Shown: positions 7,954-17,544 of the stretch, piece by piece
Position numbering within the stretch: the first letter of the stretch is position 1
Layout: each line of letters opens with the position of its first letter
IMG/VR virus record: IMGVR_UViG_3300015203_000016
Coordinates: 1 to 38,474 of that record
Direction: 5' to 3' (one strand)
DNA from: a virus
Taxonomy: Duplodnaviria; Caudoviricetes
DNA: 38,474 nucleotides
Translations under genes and position numbers: made by a program
The notes under the pieces: generated by a model
Told to the model about the DNA's origin: nothing
Seen by the model: the letters and a program-made list of their open reading frames with translations, nothing else
Database searches by the model: none

Positions 7954-9704
7954 GCGTTCGGAAGGCTCACGGCCATAGCACCCCATTCGACAGAGGCCCC
8001 GCTGACCTGAATGACCGGGTTGGTAGTGGCCTGCATCTGATAGGAGGCGGGGTGTCCGGCACTGTTCACGGTCTGCTGCGTGACCGTCCAGCCCGTTCCA
8101 TTGGTCTGCGTCCCGCTCGATCCGGTGTCAAGCAGGAAGATCGAGCATTGGATATTCGTGGGCGTCCCGAACGACCCCAGACTCTTGCCGACCGAGGCAG
8201 CCTGCGATGACAGGGCCACGACCTGTGCTCCCGTATAGTCCGCCCCGGAGATTTCCCAGATCGTGAACTGGAGACGGGTGTTCGACACGTAGAGATGTTG
8301 CTCGTCGCCCGTCGCTATCCGATACCCGACGACTGCGCCGTCTGGTCCGGCAATGTCGCCAGCCCGAATGATCGAGGATGTCGGCGCCCCGAAAGGGGTG
8401 AAACTACGAGCAGGACCCACTGGGTTGTCGCGGTTGATCGCATTGAGGTATGTCTCCATGTTGGAGAGGTTCCCCTGATTGCGTCGTGCCATCGCAATGA
8501 CCAGCAGATTGCCCGCCGTGACGGGGGAGGCGAAGTCCACAGTGACCCCGATAGCGACGTCAGTCTGCCCGATGACGTGCTGAACGAACGCGGCCACGTG
8601 AGTGGCTGGCGAAAGTACCAACGGCATCGCGTAATACTGGTCCGTCTCGTCCGGCTGGGAGAGGGACCGCTGGAGAACCCGGAACGGCTTGTACGTCACG
8701 TAATCGGGGAGCGCGGTGTTCTTGTACTGCACGAGCTGCCCGGCTCGGATCGCGTTCGCCTGCTTGGCCGCCACCTGGATCGTGCAGTTGATCCGAATGT
8801 CCTCGGTCGCGTTGTCGGTCAGGAAGTTGTTCGCGACAACCGTCGCCGCGGCATCGCTCTGGACGTTGGCGTTGGGGGCCGAACCGTCCCGCGCGGTGAA
8901 GTTGCTGCTGATCGTGGAGTTGGTCAGGTAGACGTGGCCCTTCGCGTACGGGAGGTACACCCCGGAGTAGGCGCGGGTGGGGTCGTACTCCGCCGACCAG
9001 TCGGGATGCGCCCAGAAGACCGACGCGGTGCCCGCATCGACCGCCGCCTGGTTGATATCCGTCAGGACATTGCTGATCGCCATCCCCGAGTCGTAGTTGG
9101 TCGAGGTGTTCGAGTCATCGAACCAGAGCGAGGGGACGTTGGTCGCCGGGTCGGCGTACACGAAGTGGTTGAAGTGCGCCGCGAGGGCGCAGTCCGCGAT
9201 CACCGATGACGTGTTCTGGCCGGTGTAGTCGTTGGCATCGAGCGCCACCGTGGACGCCGCGACGAAGCCGTTGTTGGCCACCAGCCCCGAGAGGTAGGTG
9301 GAGGCGAGTATCCAGGTGATCCGGGCTGAGACGGTCTCGGCGGGGCGGACGCCATCGGTGCCGGTGATGATGTGCCGGGCGAGCCGTTCGTTGAGGTCGT
9401 TGACATCGACCTCGATCTCGTTCCCTGCCCCGGTACGGATCGACGTTCGGGGGCCGGTCCCGCGCCGGAAGACGCGCTTCACGGCGGTCCCGGTGTAGGT
9501 CCGGGTGTTGCCTGAGATGAGGCCCTCGTCCACCGAGAAGGTCTTCCACGCCGCGACCGTGACCGAGCCTGCGGGGTTGTCGATGATGATCGTCGAGGTC
9601 CCGACCGCCCCGTTGTCGGCCATCTCCGTCCAGCCGGGCTCCTGCCCAAGCCGGACGGCGGCTTGCCCGAGACTGACCCCGTTGCTCTTGAACGTCTGGC
9701 TCAC
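7950..9704 (-). CDS. minor tail (hub/tip) protein with a C-terminal carbohydrate-binding-like domain
   Basis: 584 aa directly after the tape measure; TAGNLLVIA motif in the C-terminal part. Confidence 0.7.
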   Translation of the reverse strand: MSQTFKSNGVSLGQAAVRLGQEPGWTEMADNGAVGTSTIIIDNPAGSVTVAAWKTFSVDEGLISGNTRTYTGTAVKRVFRRGTGPRTSIRTGAGNEIEVDVNDLNERLARHIITGTDGVRPAETVSARITWILASTYLSGLVANNGFVAASTVALDANDYTGQNTSSVIADCALAAHFNHFVYADPATNVPSLWFDDSNTSTNYDSGMAISNVLTDINQAAVDAGTASVFWAHPDWSAEYDPTRAYSGVYLPYAKGHVYLTNSTISSNFTARDGSAPNANVQSDAAATVVANNFLTDNATEDIRINCTIQVAAKQANAIRAGQLVQYKNTALPDYVTYKPFRVLQRSLSQPDETDQYYAMPLVLSPATHVAAFVQHVIGQTDVAIGVTVDFASPVTAGNLLVIAMARRNQGNLSNMETYLNAINRDNPVGPARSFTPFGAPTSSIIRAGDIAGPDGAVVGYRIATGDEQHLYVSNTRLQFTIWEISGADYTGAQVVALSSQAASVGKSLGSFGTPTNIQCSIFLLDTGSSGTQTNGTGWTVTQQTVNSAGHPASYQMQATTNPVIQVSGASVEWGAMAVSLPNA

Positions 9705-11830
9705 GAGGCCACCATGCCGCCCCGGTTGACGGTGGACCCGGTGCCATAGGCTTCCTTGAGCGCCGCCTTCGTCGTGACGTTCGCCACGCCGATCGTGATG
9801 TGCATCGCCTTGGCGAGCGCCTGGATCGCCGCGACGATGGCGTTCTGGCTCGTCTGCACCGCCTTGGTCGTGGTGTCGATCTTCGTGGTCGTGGCGACCT
9901 TGGCGTAGTCGATCTTGCTCGCGGTCGTCTGGCCGGTCTGGCGGAGGATGCGATTGTTCTCGCGGGTGTCACCTTGCCGCTGGTCCGTAATCGTCGAGGG
10001 AAGGGCGAGGTCATCGGCCCGCTTGCCGGCTCCTTGGAGTTGCTTTGCCACGTCCTCCCGCATCGACCTGAGCTCGTCGAGCGCCGACCCCTGGACGAGG
10101 ACCATGAGCGGGTTGGAGGTGATCTTCTCGATGCCTGTGTCGATCGCGGCGAGTTGCGTGCGGAGGTCGGCGTCCGAAGCGGTCGGGAGGTTCTTGGTCA
10201 GGGTGGAGTGGATGTCTTTCGCCTGTGCGCTGGATTGCCCGCTGATCGCCTGCTGTGTCTCGAAGACGGCTCCGAGCGCCAGTCCGGTGATGGCACCCGC
10301 CGCCGCGACCTTCATGAGGCCCCCACCGAGCCCGCCGGCGGCACCGCCACCGAGCCCGCCGACCGACGTGACCCACATCGGGTTCGCGGGTGAGCCGCGG
10401 CCGAGGAACTGCTGGAAGAGGCCGCCGCCCGCGCCCTTGAGCAGATCCACCCCGATATTGATGACCGCCCCGCCCGAGAGCTTGTTGAGGCCGTACAACC
10501 CGAGCAGCAGCCCCTTCGTCTCGGTGGGGAGGGCGCCGAAAGCCCCGACGAGCGACTGGACGAACCCGGCGGCGGTCCTGAGTCCGAGGGCGATGGCGTT
10601 CCAGTCGAGTGACTTGAACCACTTCACCGCGTCCCGGACTCCTGAGCCGAGGTTCTCCCCGAACTTCTTGAGCTCGTCCTGGTGACCTGCGAGGAAGTCG
10701 GCCAGTTCCTTCGACAGGTCCGCGAGGGGCGGGAGGAGGTAGTTGCCGATGGTGATGCCGACGTCGTGGACGTTCGCCTTGAGCCGGTCTAACTGGTAGC
10801 TGAAGCCCTGCTGCCGCTCGGCGGCCTGCTTCGCGGCCATGCCCGTCGAGTCATCCACCCGACCGAGCTCGGCGATGTAGTTGTTGAAGGCCGGGCCCGT
10901 GGTCTGGAGGGCGAACTTGTAGCCTTCGAGGCGTCCGAACAGGGTCTGGAATGGGACCCCGGCCTTGTCGGCAGCGACGCGCATCGCTTCGAGCGCGACG
11001 ACGAGGCCCTTCTCCCGCGCCATGTCAGCGAAGTTGGTCTTGGTCGTCTTCTGGAGGTCGATGAGGTCCTTGTTCGGCTTGATGAGCTCCACGATCGCCC
11101 GGTTCATCTCGGTCGTGACCTCGGCCGCCGGGACGCCCTGCGCGGTGAGGTCGCCGTAGGCGGCGGCGATCTGGTCGATGCCGATGCCCGCGGCCTTGGC
11201 GATCGAGGCGACGTTGGCGAAGGTGGCCGAGATTTCCGACACCTTGACCTTGCCGTCGGCAACGGCCTGCGCGAACATATCCGTCGCCTTGGCGGACCCT
11301 GCTGCATCGAGCCCATAGGCGTTGACCGCCGTGGTCAGGAGGTCCACCGTCTCGGTCGTCGTGCCGAGGGCTCCGATGCCCAGTGTGACGGCTTGGTCGA
11401 GGATGGTCTGCGCGTCCGCGACCTTGATACCGGCGGACAGGAGGTCGTAGTAGGCGCCGGTCAGGTCCCCGAGGTCCTGGCCGGAGGTGCGTGCCACGTT
11501 GCGGATGCCGTCGCCGATCGCCTTGAGGGCGTCGGGCGTGGCGAAGGCGATGGTGTTGATGGTGTTGAGCTGGGCCTGGAAGTCGCCCGCCCACTTGACC
11601 GCCGCCGCCCCCGCGCCGATGGCGAGGCCGCCTGCCACGAACGTCAAGCGTTCGATGTTCTGCGCGGACGTGCGGATACCCTTTCCGAGATCGTTGCCGA
11701 TCTTGGAGGCGGTCTTGCCGATCGTTGCGTTGAGGTGCGAAAGGCTCGACTCGGCCTTGCCGATCTGGCTCTGGAAGTTGCCTTCCAGCGACAGGTGGAC
11801 CGCGAGCTTGGCGGTGTCAGCGAATGCCAT
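9701..11830 (-). CDS. tape measure protein (TP901-like core)
   Basis: 709 aa Ala-rich helical; AYYDLLSAG, LLTTAVNAYG, VADGKVKVSE motifs; position. Confidence 0.9.
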   Translation of the reverse strand: MAFADTAKLAVHLSLEGNFQSQIGKAESSLSHLNATIGKTASKIGNDLGKGIRTSAQNIERLTFVAGGLAIGAGAAAVKWAGDFQAQLNTINTIAFATPDALKAIGDGIRNVARTSGQDLGDLTGAYYDLLSAGIKVADAQTILDQAVTLGIGALGTTTETVDLLTTAVNAYGLDAAGSAKATDMFAQAVADGKVKVSEISATFANVASIAKAAGIGIDQIAAAYGDLTAQGVPAAEVTTEMNRAIVELIKPNKDLIDLQKTTKTNFADMAREKGLVVALEAMRVAADKAGVPFQTLFGRLEGYKFALQTTGPAFNNYIAELGRVDDSTGMAAKQAAERQQGFSYQLDRLKANVHDVGITIGNYLLPPLADLSKELADFLAGHQDELKKFGENLGSGVRDAVKWFKSLDWNAIALGLRTAAGFVQSLVGAFGALPTETKGLLLGLYGLNKLSGGAVINIGVDLLKGAGGGLFQQFLGRGSPANPMWVTSVGGLGGGAAGGLGGGLMKVAAAGAITGLALGAVFETQQAISGQSSAQAKDIHSTLTKNLPTASDADLRTQLAAIDTGIEKITSNPLMVLVQGSALDELRSMREDVAKQLQGAGKRADDLALPSTITDQRQGDTRENNRILRQTGQTTASKIDYAKVATTTKIDTTTKAVQTSQNAIVAAIQALAKAMHITIGVANVTTKAALKEAYGTGSTVNRGGMVAS

Positions 11831-12116
11831 CAGCCGCTCCTACTGCCGCCGCCGCGAGGGCATCCTCCTGCGCCCGCGCCTCTACTGCCGCGCGGTAGCG
11901 GGCAGCGCCGATCCGTTCCTCGGCGAGGTACTGGAGGGCGAGGCGCATCTCGGCGAAGGTCATACGGTGCGGACCACGGACAGCTTCCCATCCGAAGGTC
12001 GCCCCGATGATCGTTTCGAGCGCCTCGGGGGCGTCTTGCCAGAGTTGCTCGGTGCTGATGTCGAGGTAGGCGCGGGACCATCCGGCGAGCGTGTCGAGAA
12101 CTTCCTGACGAAAGGG
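11817..12116 (-). CDS. tail assembly chaperone, frameshifted (T) segment
   Basis: -1 frame after C CCT TTC reads PFRQEVLDTLAGWSRAYL...FGWEAV...MTFAEMRLALQYL and overlaps the TMP start. Confidence 0.65.
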   Translation of the reverse strand, partial: PFRQEVLDTLAGWSRAYLDISTEQLWQDAPEALETIIGATFGWEAVRGPHRMTFAEMRLALQYLAEERIGAARYRAAVEARAQEDALAAAAVGAADGIR

Positions 12117-12520
12117 CGGAACACGTCTTCGCCGTAGAGCGCGTTCGCGGCCTCCAGGACCTCGAAGCCCCCCTGACCGAACGGCAGCCATCGCTCGACG
12201 AGGGCGGTATCGACGGGCTCCCCGATCTCGACCGGGCCCGTTCGATCCGTGAACGTCCAGCGGGCGATGCCGTAGCGGAGGAAGACGAGCCCGAGCTCGG
12301 ACTGCATGGCGATCTCATCGCCCGCCGCGAGGCGGAGGACGGTGGAGGTCGCCATGCCCATCCGGTTCGTGACCACCGGGCGGAGGGTCACCACGTCGTA
12401 GGGATGCGGGGTTCCCGGACACGGGCACGCCACGTGGACGACGTGAGGCGACGGGGAGGCCGGGATCGCGGCCTCCCCGTCAGGGGTGGCGCTGGTCGAT
12501 CCCCCAGCGGTGTCAATCAT
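11960..12520 (-). CDS. tail assembly chaperone (G)
   Basis: between tail tube and TMP; AGGAG SD; S/T/P-rich tail after the slippery site. Confidence 0.75.
   Translation of the reverse strand: MIDTAGGSTSATPDGEAAIPASPSPHVVHVACPCPGTPHPYDVVTLRPVVTNRMGMATSTVLRLAAGDEIAMQSELGLVFLRYGIARWTFTDRTGPVEIGEPVDTALVERWLPFGQGGFEVLEAANALYGEDVFRPFVRKFSTRSPDGPAPTSTSAPSNSGKTPPRRSKRSSGRPSDGKLSVVRTV
12110..12116 (-). other. -1 programmed frameshift slippery site C CCT TTC
   Basis: X XXY YYZ heptamer in the correct register linking the G and T frames. Confidence 0.6.
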
Positions 12521-12529
12521 CGGTGGCTC

Positions 12530-13543
12530 CTAGTACGCGCTGAGGTTGTTCGTCACCACGGCGGTGAACGGGTACGTCAACGTCTGGTCGAGGACGCCCC
12601 GGCACACGAGGTCGATGGTCGCGTTGGCGGTGCCGTAGGTGGACTCGGTTCGGGTGAACCAGTAGCCGCCGAACCGGAGGACGAGGCTGTACGGGGTGGA
12701 GGTCGTCGGGACGTTCGTGACCGAGGTCGTCTCGACCGACACGAACCGCTCCGTCGCGTTGGTATTCAGCCACTTGGCCGCCTCGGCCACGCCAGCCGTG
12801 GACTTGGCGAACTTGAACTGCGCCTCGAACGTGCGGGCGCCGCGTCCGTAGCCCGCCACCTGGAAGCGGGTGTTGGAGCCGTTGGAGAAGCGCTTCACGT
12901 CGAGTGCGTTGTTGATCGTGATCGTGGCCGAGTGCATCGTGTTCGTGAGCGCCGTGGTCCCGATGGCGCCCGCGGTGTCGTTGAAGAAGAGCTTCGTGTC
13001 GGCAGCGTAGGCCCAGACGGGCGAGGCATCGACCGAGAGCGCCTGCTTGGTCTGGGGGTAGACGACCGACCCGAAGCGCCAGTTGGCCGTCGTCTGGATC
13101 GGCCCGAGGTCCTCGGGGTAGGTGAGCACGAGGGAGTCGAGGACCCCGTCGCCATAGCTGAAGTTGTCGGTGGCGACGTCATCGCCCCACTCGCCGGAGA
13201 AGAGCTCGAAGATGTCCTGGCTGGTGGACGCCGGGGTGTAGGTCCAGACGTGCGCGGCCGGGGTGATGCCGCCCTTGATGAGCGCCCCGAACGAGTACGG
13301 GAGGTCGTCGAACGCGGTGGGCCCGGTGGCGGCGCCGGTGATGTCCGTCGCCATCCGGTACGGGGCCAGCGCGTTGTCGAGCGTCCCGGTGTCGCTGGTC
13401 GGGAACGTCCAGTGCGGGTCGAGGGTGGGCGCGTAGGAGAGCCCGAAGCGCCGGGTGGCGACGACGGGGGTGCCAAAGGTCGTCTGTTTTCCAATCTGAA
13501 ACGCTCGAAGCCGGACGTTGCCCGGCAGTGCTGCAACGGTCAT
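12530..13543 (-). CDS. major tail tube protein
   Basis: FQIGKQTTFGTPV N-terminus; ITINNAL, RTFE; 337 aa; position. Confidence 0.85.
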   Translation of the reverse strand: MTVAALPGNVRLRAFQIGKQTTFGTPVVATRRFGLSYAPTLDPHWTFPTSDTGTLDNALAPYRMATDITGAATGPTAFDDLPYSFGALIKGGITPAAHVWTYTPASTSQDIFELFSGEWGDDVATDNFSYGDGVLDSLVLTYPEDLGPIQTTANWRFGSVVYPQTKQALSVDASPVWAYAADTKLFFNDTAGAIGTTALTNTMHSATITINNALDVKRFSNGSNTRFQVAGYGRGARTFEAQFKFAKSTAGVAEAAKWLNTNATERFVSVETTSVTNVPTTSTPYSLVLRFGGYWFTRTESTYGTANATIDLVCRGVLDQTLTYPFTAVVTNNLSAY

Positions 13544-13568
13544 GGGTGCGCGTTGTCCTTTCCGGGCA

Positions 13569-14030
13569 TTAGTCTCGCCCCTGTTGAACGACGTACTCGA
13601 AGTCGAGCACGAGATGCATGAAGCCGGTCAGGGGACCCTGACTGGCAGGCGCCTCAGCGAGACGAGTCTGCTGAAGGATGCCGTTGGTGAGGACCCGCGC
13701 GTTGGCCGTGAAGAGCTCGCGCATATAGTCCGCAAAGATGTTGGCGCGGGTGTTCGCCTCCTCGTTGTCGGGGGAGGTGTCGATGTACCCGATCGAACCC
13801 GAGTACGTCGTGCCCCGAAGGCCCTTGTCGTGGAGGATCGTCTCGGTGATCGCGTCGAGGTAGACCAGCGGCACCTCGCCGGTCATGGACGCGGGGATTT
13901 CGGAATACTGGACGCGGATGACGTTCGGCACGACCGCCTGAAACGCGGCGATCATCGCCGTCAGGGCGTCGTTGAGGTCCTGGCGGTTCGTCTCCCACTT
14001 CGTGATCGGGACGACGGGTGAGTACGGCAT
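13569..14030 (-). CDS. tail terminator-like protein
   Basis: 153 aa, directly before the tail tube. Confidence 0.6.
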   Translation of the reverse strand: MPYSPVVPITKWETNRQDLNDALTAMIAAFQAVVPNVIRVQYSEIPASMTGEVPLVYLDAITETILHDKGLRGTTYSGSIGYIDTSPDNEEANTRANIFADYMRELFTANARVLTNGILQQTRLAEAPASQGPLTGFMHLVLDFEYVVQQGRD

Positions 14031-14506
14031 CAGGCGGCGCTATTCCAGATCGACACGATGGTATCGGCGCCGGACTTCTGCACGGCGGCCTTGCTGCCCT
14101 CGATGACGAACGGGTAGGGCTTCGTGCCGGGGTGGTGGACGACCCTGGCGAAGTGGAGATTGCCGCTCCGCTGCGCGGCTTTCGTCGGGGTGCCCGTGAG
14201 CCTCGCGCCGCCCGTTCCCGCCCAGCGGAGCGCCTTTGCCGCGTTCGGGGTGATCGTGTGGGGCTTGGAGCCGAACTGGAAGACCGCCGCGTAGTTGGCC
14301 GACGCCTCGATGGTCACGGACGTTGCCGTGACGGCCGCGACGTGGACGGTTCGTCCGAGGTTGCCGGTCCTCCGGTGCGGCGCTTCGAGGAGCTTCGACT
14401 CGCTGACGGCGGCCATTCCGAGCGTGCCCATGAGCGATTTGGAGCCCGCGCCGTTGAGCGCCTTGAAGCGCGCCATGAGCTGCTCGTATCCCCGCAGGTT
14501 AGCCAT
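14030..14506 (-). CDS. neck protein, HK97 gp10-like
   Basis: APHRRTGNLGRT, YAAVFQFGSKPH, VHHPGTKPYPF. Confidence 0.8.
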   Translation of the reverse strand: MANLRGYEQLMARFKALNGAGSKSLMGTLGMAAVSESKLLEAPHRRTGNLGRTVHVAAVTATSVTIEASANYAAVFQFGSKPHTITPNAAKALRWAGTGGARLTGTPTKAAQRSGNLHFARVVHHPGTKPYPFVIEGSKAAVQKSGADTIVSIWNSAA

Positions 14507-14636
14507 GAGCGATGAGCCCCCGCATGGTCGCGATCATCTGCGCCGGGCCGTGGACGCGGCAGAGCCACAGGGAACGCCCAATCAGCGGCATCTGGACGAG
14601 TCGCGCCTTGCGATGGCAGACGATGCAGGTCGGCAT
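14499..14636 (-). CDS. 45-aa zinc-finger-like protein
   Basis: read by hand: MPTCIVCHRK...WLCRVHG; fills the gap between neck genes. Confidence 0.5.
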   Translation of the reverse strand: MPTCIVCHRKARLVQMPLIGRSLWLCRVHGPAQMIATMRGLIAHG

Positions 14637-15365
14637 CTAGACGCTCACGGCCTGCTGTCCGCCGATCTTGTTGTCCGCGATGAACGCGACGACCTCAGCG
14701 GGGAGGGAGGTGTAGTTCAGCACTCCCCCGGCGGGGGTGATCGCCACGTCCGCGAGGATCGAGGCCGGGCGCATCGTGTAGAAGGCCGCCAGCACCTTGA
14801 GGGCATGGGTGAAGTCCTCGGGGTAGCCGGGTGCCGTGTCGATGGCGACGGTCGAGTCGTAGCCGCCGTCCCCGACGATCACGAGGTCGTCCGGGAGCGA
14901 CGTCCACGCGAACCCACCCCCGAGGTTGCCGGGGTAGTACGGGGAGTCGTTGAGCTGGTCGAACCAGTTGGGGTTCGCGAGCCACCACGGGCGGTCGTTG
15001 TCGGCTCGCCATGCCCGGAACTGCAAGGCCACGTAGACGCCGGTATTGAGCGCGTCGGGGATCGCCCAGCACGAGGCACTACCACCCGGAGCGAAGCCCA
15101 CCGTGAGGGACGAGCCGCCCCACGTCACCGCGGTGAACTGGCGGAAGCCGGGGATCGCGACCTGCGCCTGGAGCATTGTCGCGCCGGGGATCGTCCACGT
15201 CACCTGCGGGCGGTCGAGGAAGAAGCGCCCCGTCCGGCGTTCGAGGAAGCGGGTTGCGGCGCGGATGTTGCTGCCGATCGTCGCGTCCGAGTACGTCGAG
15301 GTCGAGCCGGGGGTGTTGAGCCGGAGGTACTCGCGGACCCCATCGGTGCTGATGATGAGACTCAT
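14637..15365 (-). CDS. head-tail adaptor (gp6/gp15-like)
   Basis: VREYL..AATRFLERRTGRFF..PEDFTHALKVLAAFY..LPAEVVAFI; ATG 15365. Confidence 0.8.
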   Translation of the reverse strand: MSLIISTDGVREYLRLNTPGSTSTYSDATIGSNIRAATRFLERRTGRFFLDRPQVTWTIPGATMLQAQVAIPGFRQFTAVTWGGSSLTVGFAPGGSASCWAIPDALNTGVYVALQFRAWRADNDRPWWLANPNWFDQLNDSPYYPGNLGGGFAWTSLPDDLVIVGDGGYDSTVAIDTAPGYPEDFTHALKVLAAFYTMRPASILADVAITPAGGVLNYTSLPAEVVAFIADNKIGGQQAVSV

Positions 15366-16624
15366 GCGGCTATCTCCACGCGTGCGGGCGAGAGCAGTTC
15401 GATGAACTGGCGGGCCTTGTCCGCCCATGCGAAGTTCGTCTTGACGTGCAGGGGACCCTTGCCGCCCATGACCTGGCGGCCGGGGGTGTCCTCGACGAGC
15501 GAAGCCACGGCAGCCCCGAACTCGCGCTCGTTGGCGAGGGCCCAGAAGTACGAGTACGGGTTGTCGATGAGGCCACCCGAGACGGTGACGCCGGCGGGCC
15601 CGATGACCTCGGGGACGGCGGAGAAGTCCAGCCCCACCGCCGGGGTGCCGCAGGCGATCGCCTCCGCGATGGTGAGCCCGAAGCCCTCGGCGGAGTTACT
15701 GACGTAGATGTCCGCGGCGTTGTAGAGGATCGCCAGCACGTCCCGGCTGACCTTCCCACCTTGCATCGTGAGCCCGATCCTGCCCCGGAGGTCGGGGTAC
15801 TTGGAAAACTCGTGGCCGATCCCCGCCGGCATCCCCTCGTCGTGGTCGCGGCAGTGGAAGAGCGCCGACACGTTCGGATGCGAGCGCAGGACCGGCGCGA
15901 GGCTCCGCAGGAGCGAGGGGTAGCCCTTGCGCGGCATGAGGCGGTCGGCCCGGTACAGCCAGACGTGGCTGGGGTCGGGTCCGGGGTCGATCATGGCGTG
16001 GACGAACTGCTTGCAGTCGGCCTTGCTGCGGAGCTTGATCTTCTTGGTCCCCGTGTCGATGACGATGGGCGACCACGGGTAGACCGGGTGGAAGATCGAG
16101 GTATCGACGCCGTGGTAGATGACCGGCGGGCGCTTGCCGGTGACGCGCTCAATCTCCGTCGCCCCGGCTTCGCTGATCGCCACGGGCGGGAGCTTCGCCC
16201 AGGTACGCCCCCACGAAGGAGGGAGCCCGACGCCCTCGATGGGGACGTAGTGGACGGCGGGGAAGCCGTCGGGGATGAGATCGACCACGGGACTGATGTC
16301 GAGCGAGCCCATATCCCCGAGGATGATCGCGGCGGTCGGCTGCCAGCCATCCGCGAAGAGGCCGCCCGTGAACATCCCCGTGATCTTCTCGTAGGCCGCT
16401 GCCAGCGCCTCGCGGTGGCTCTCGGGACCCGACACCAGCCAGCCGGACGGGATGCCGAGGTCGGCGGTCCTGCCTTCGAAGGGGTAGCCGAGGTCCGTGC
16501 CGGGCTGCTCGTTGATCGACATGAAGCGGACGTCCACGCCCTCCGCGATCAGTGCGGAGCCGAGGTCGCGGGTGACGTTGCCGAAGCCAGTCGCCGCGCT
16601 GTCCCCACAAAACAGGAGCCTCAC
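15362..16624 (-). CDS. glycosyltransferase, GT-B (GT4-like)
   Basis: TGFGNV, IYHGVD, RKG, LYNAADIYV..EGFGLTIAEAIACGTP; GTG 16624. Confidence 0.92.
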   Translation of the reverse strand: MRLLFCGDSAATGFGNVTRDLGSALIAEGVDVRFMSINEQPGTDLGYPFEGRTADLGIPSGWLVSGPESHREALAAAYEKITGMFTGGLFADGWQPTAAIILGDMGSLDISPVVDLIPDGFPAVHYVPIEGVGLPPSWGRTWAKLPPVAISEAGATEIERVTGKRPPVIYHGVDTSIFHPVYPWSPIVIDTGTKKIKLRSKADCKQFVHAMIDPGPDPSHVWLYRADRLMPRKGYPSLLRSLAPVLRSHPNVSALFHCRDHDEGMPAGIGHEFSKYPDLRGRIGLTMQGGKVSRDVLAILYNAADIYVSNSAEGFGLTIAEAIACGTPAVGLDFSAVPEVIGPAGVTVSGGLIDNPYSYFWALANEREFGAAVASLVEDTPGRQVMGGKGPLHVKTNFAWADKARQFIELLSPARVEIAA

Positions 16625-17544
16625 ACGAGCACTCCTTCCGCGCAGGCGACCATGCGTGCCACGAGCGCCTGCGGGGTGTGGAAGCGTTCGACGTGCTCCT
16701 GCCCGATGCCGCCCCACTTGTGGCGCAGGTACTCGTCGCGGACCAGTGCCTCGACTTCGGTTTCGAGGGTCGCACGGGTGGCGTTCACGAACGGCAGACG
16801 CCCGAAGTCGCGGAGCATCCGCCCTTCCGTCTCGGGATCGGCGATGCCGGACACGACGGGGATGCCCATCGACCAGCACTCCAGGGCGTTGAGCCCGTAG
16901 CCGAGCGTCAGTTCGTCGATGAAGATGTCGGCGGTCGCCTTCCTTCGGAGACATTCGGCGTTCGGGACGCGCTCGATCAGGTCGAAGGTGATCGGGTACT
17001 TCTGCGAGAGTCGGTCCACCACGTCCACGATCACGTCCGTGCTCTTGATTGCCCGGTCGGTTGGGGCGTGGGCGATCCTCACCACGTCAGATGCATGATA
17101 GAGGTCGGCACGGAGCGCGGCTAGAGGTTCGGGGTCGATGACGTCCGGCAGCCAATCCTCGACGCCGAAGCGCATGAGGTCGTGCATATCCACCACCTCG
17201 CGGGCGTGGATAGCCTGGCACTGGGAGTGGACGAGCTCGGGCTGGCGTCGGTACCACGTCCCGAGGTGCCAGACGATGAGGTTCGGGTGCGGCGGGAACA
17301 GGCTCGCCGCGAGGGGGCGCTCGATGAGGACGACGCAATCCGCCTCGGTCCAGAGGCGCATGACCTCGGCGGTCTGGTTGGGGTCGTCGCGGTTCCACTG
17401 GATGTCGCAGCCGTAGTCGAGCCACGAGTTCTCGCACCGGACGTGGCGCGCGGAGTGCTCCCCGCCGTACTGGTCGAAGGCGCGCTTCATCCCGATCCCG
17501 AGGCCCGCGGTATCGACGGTCTGCGAGAAGAAGAGGATCTTCAC
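16621..17544 (-). CDS. glycosyltransferase, GT-B
   Basis: IAHAPT..KST, ADIFIDEL..GYGLNALECWSMGIPVV. Confidence 0.85.
   Translation of the reverse strand: MKILFFSQTVDTAGLGIGMKRAFDQYGGEHSARHVRCENSWLDYGCDIQWNRDDPNQTAEVMRLWTEADCVVLIERPLAASLFPPHPNLIVWHLGTWYRRQPELVHSQCQAIHAREVVDMHDLMRFGVEDWLPDVIDPEPLAALRADLYHASDVVRIAHAPTDRAIKSTDVIVDVVDRLSQKYPITFDLIERVPNAECLRRKATADIFIDELTLGYGLNALECWSMGIPVVSGIADPETEGRMLRDFGRLPFVNATRATLETEVEALVRDEYLRHKWGGIGQEHVERFHTPQALVARMVACAEGVLV

Noticed and set aside
4574-9704. diversity-generating retroelement or invertible tail-fibre shufflon
   Set aside because: no reverse transcriptase, invertase, TR/VR pair or inverted crossover sites seen
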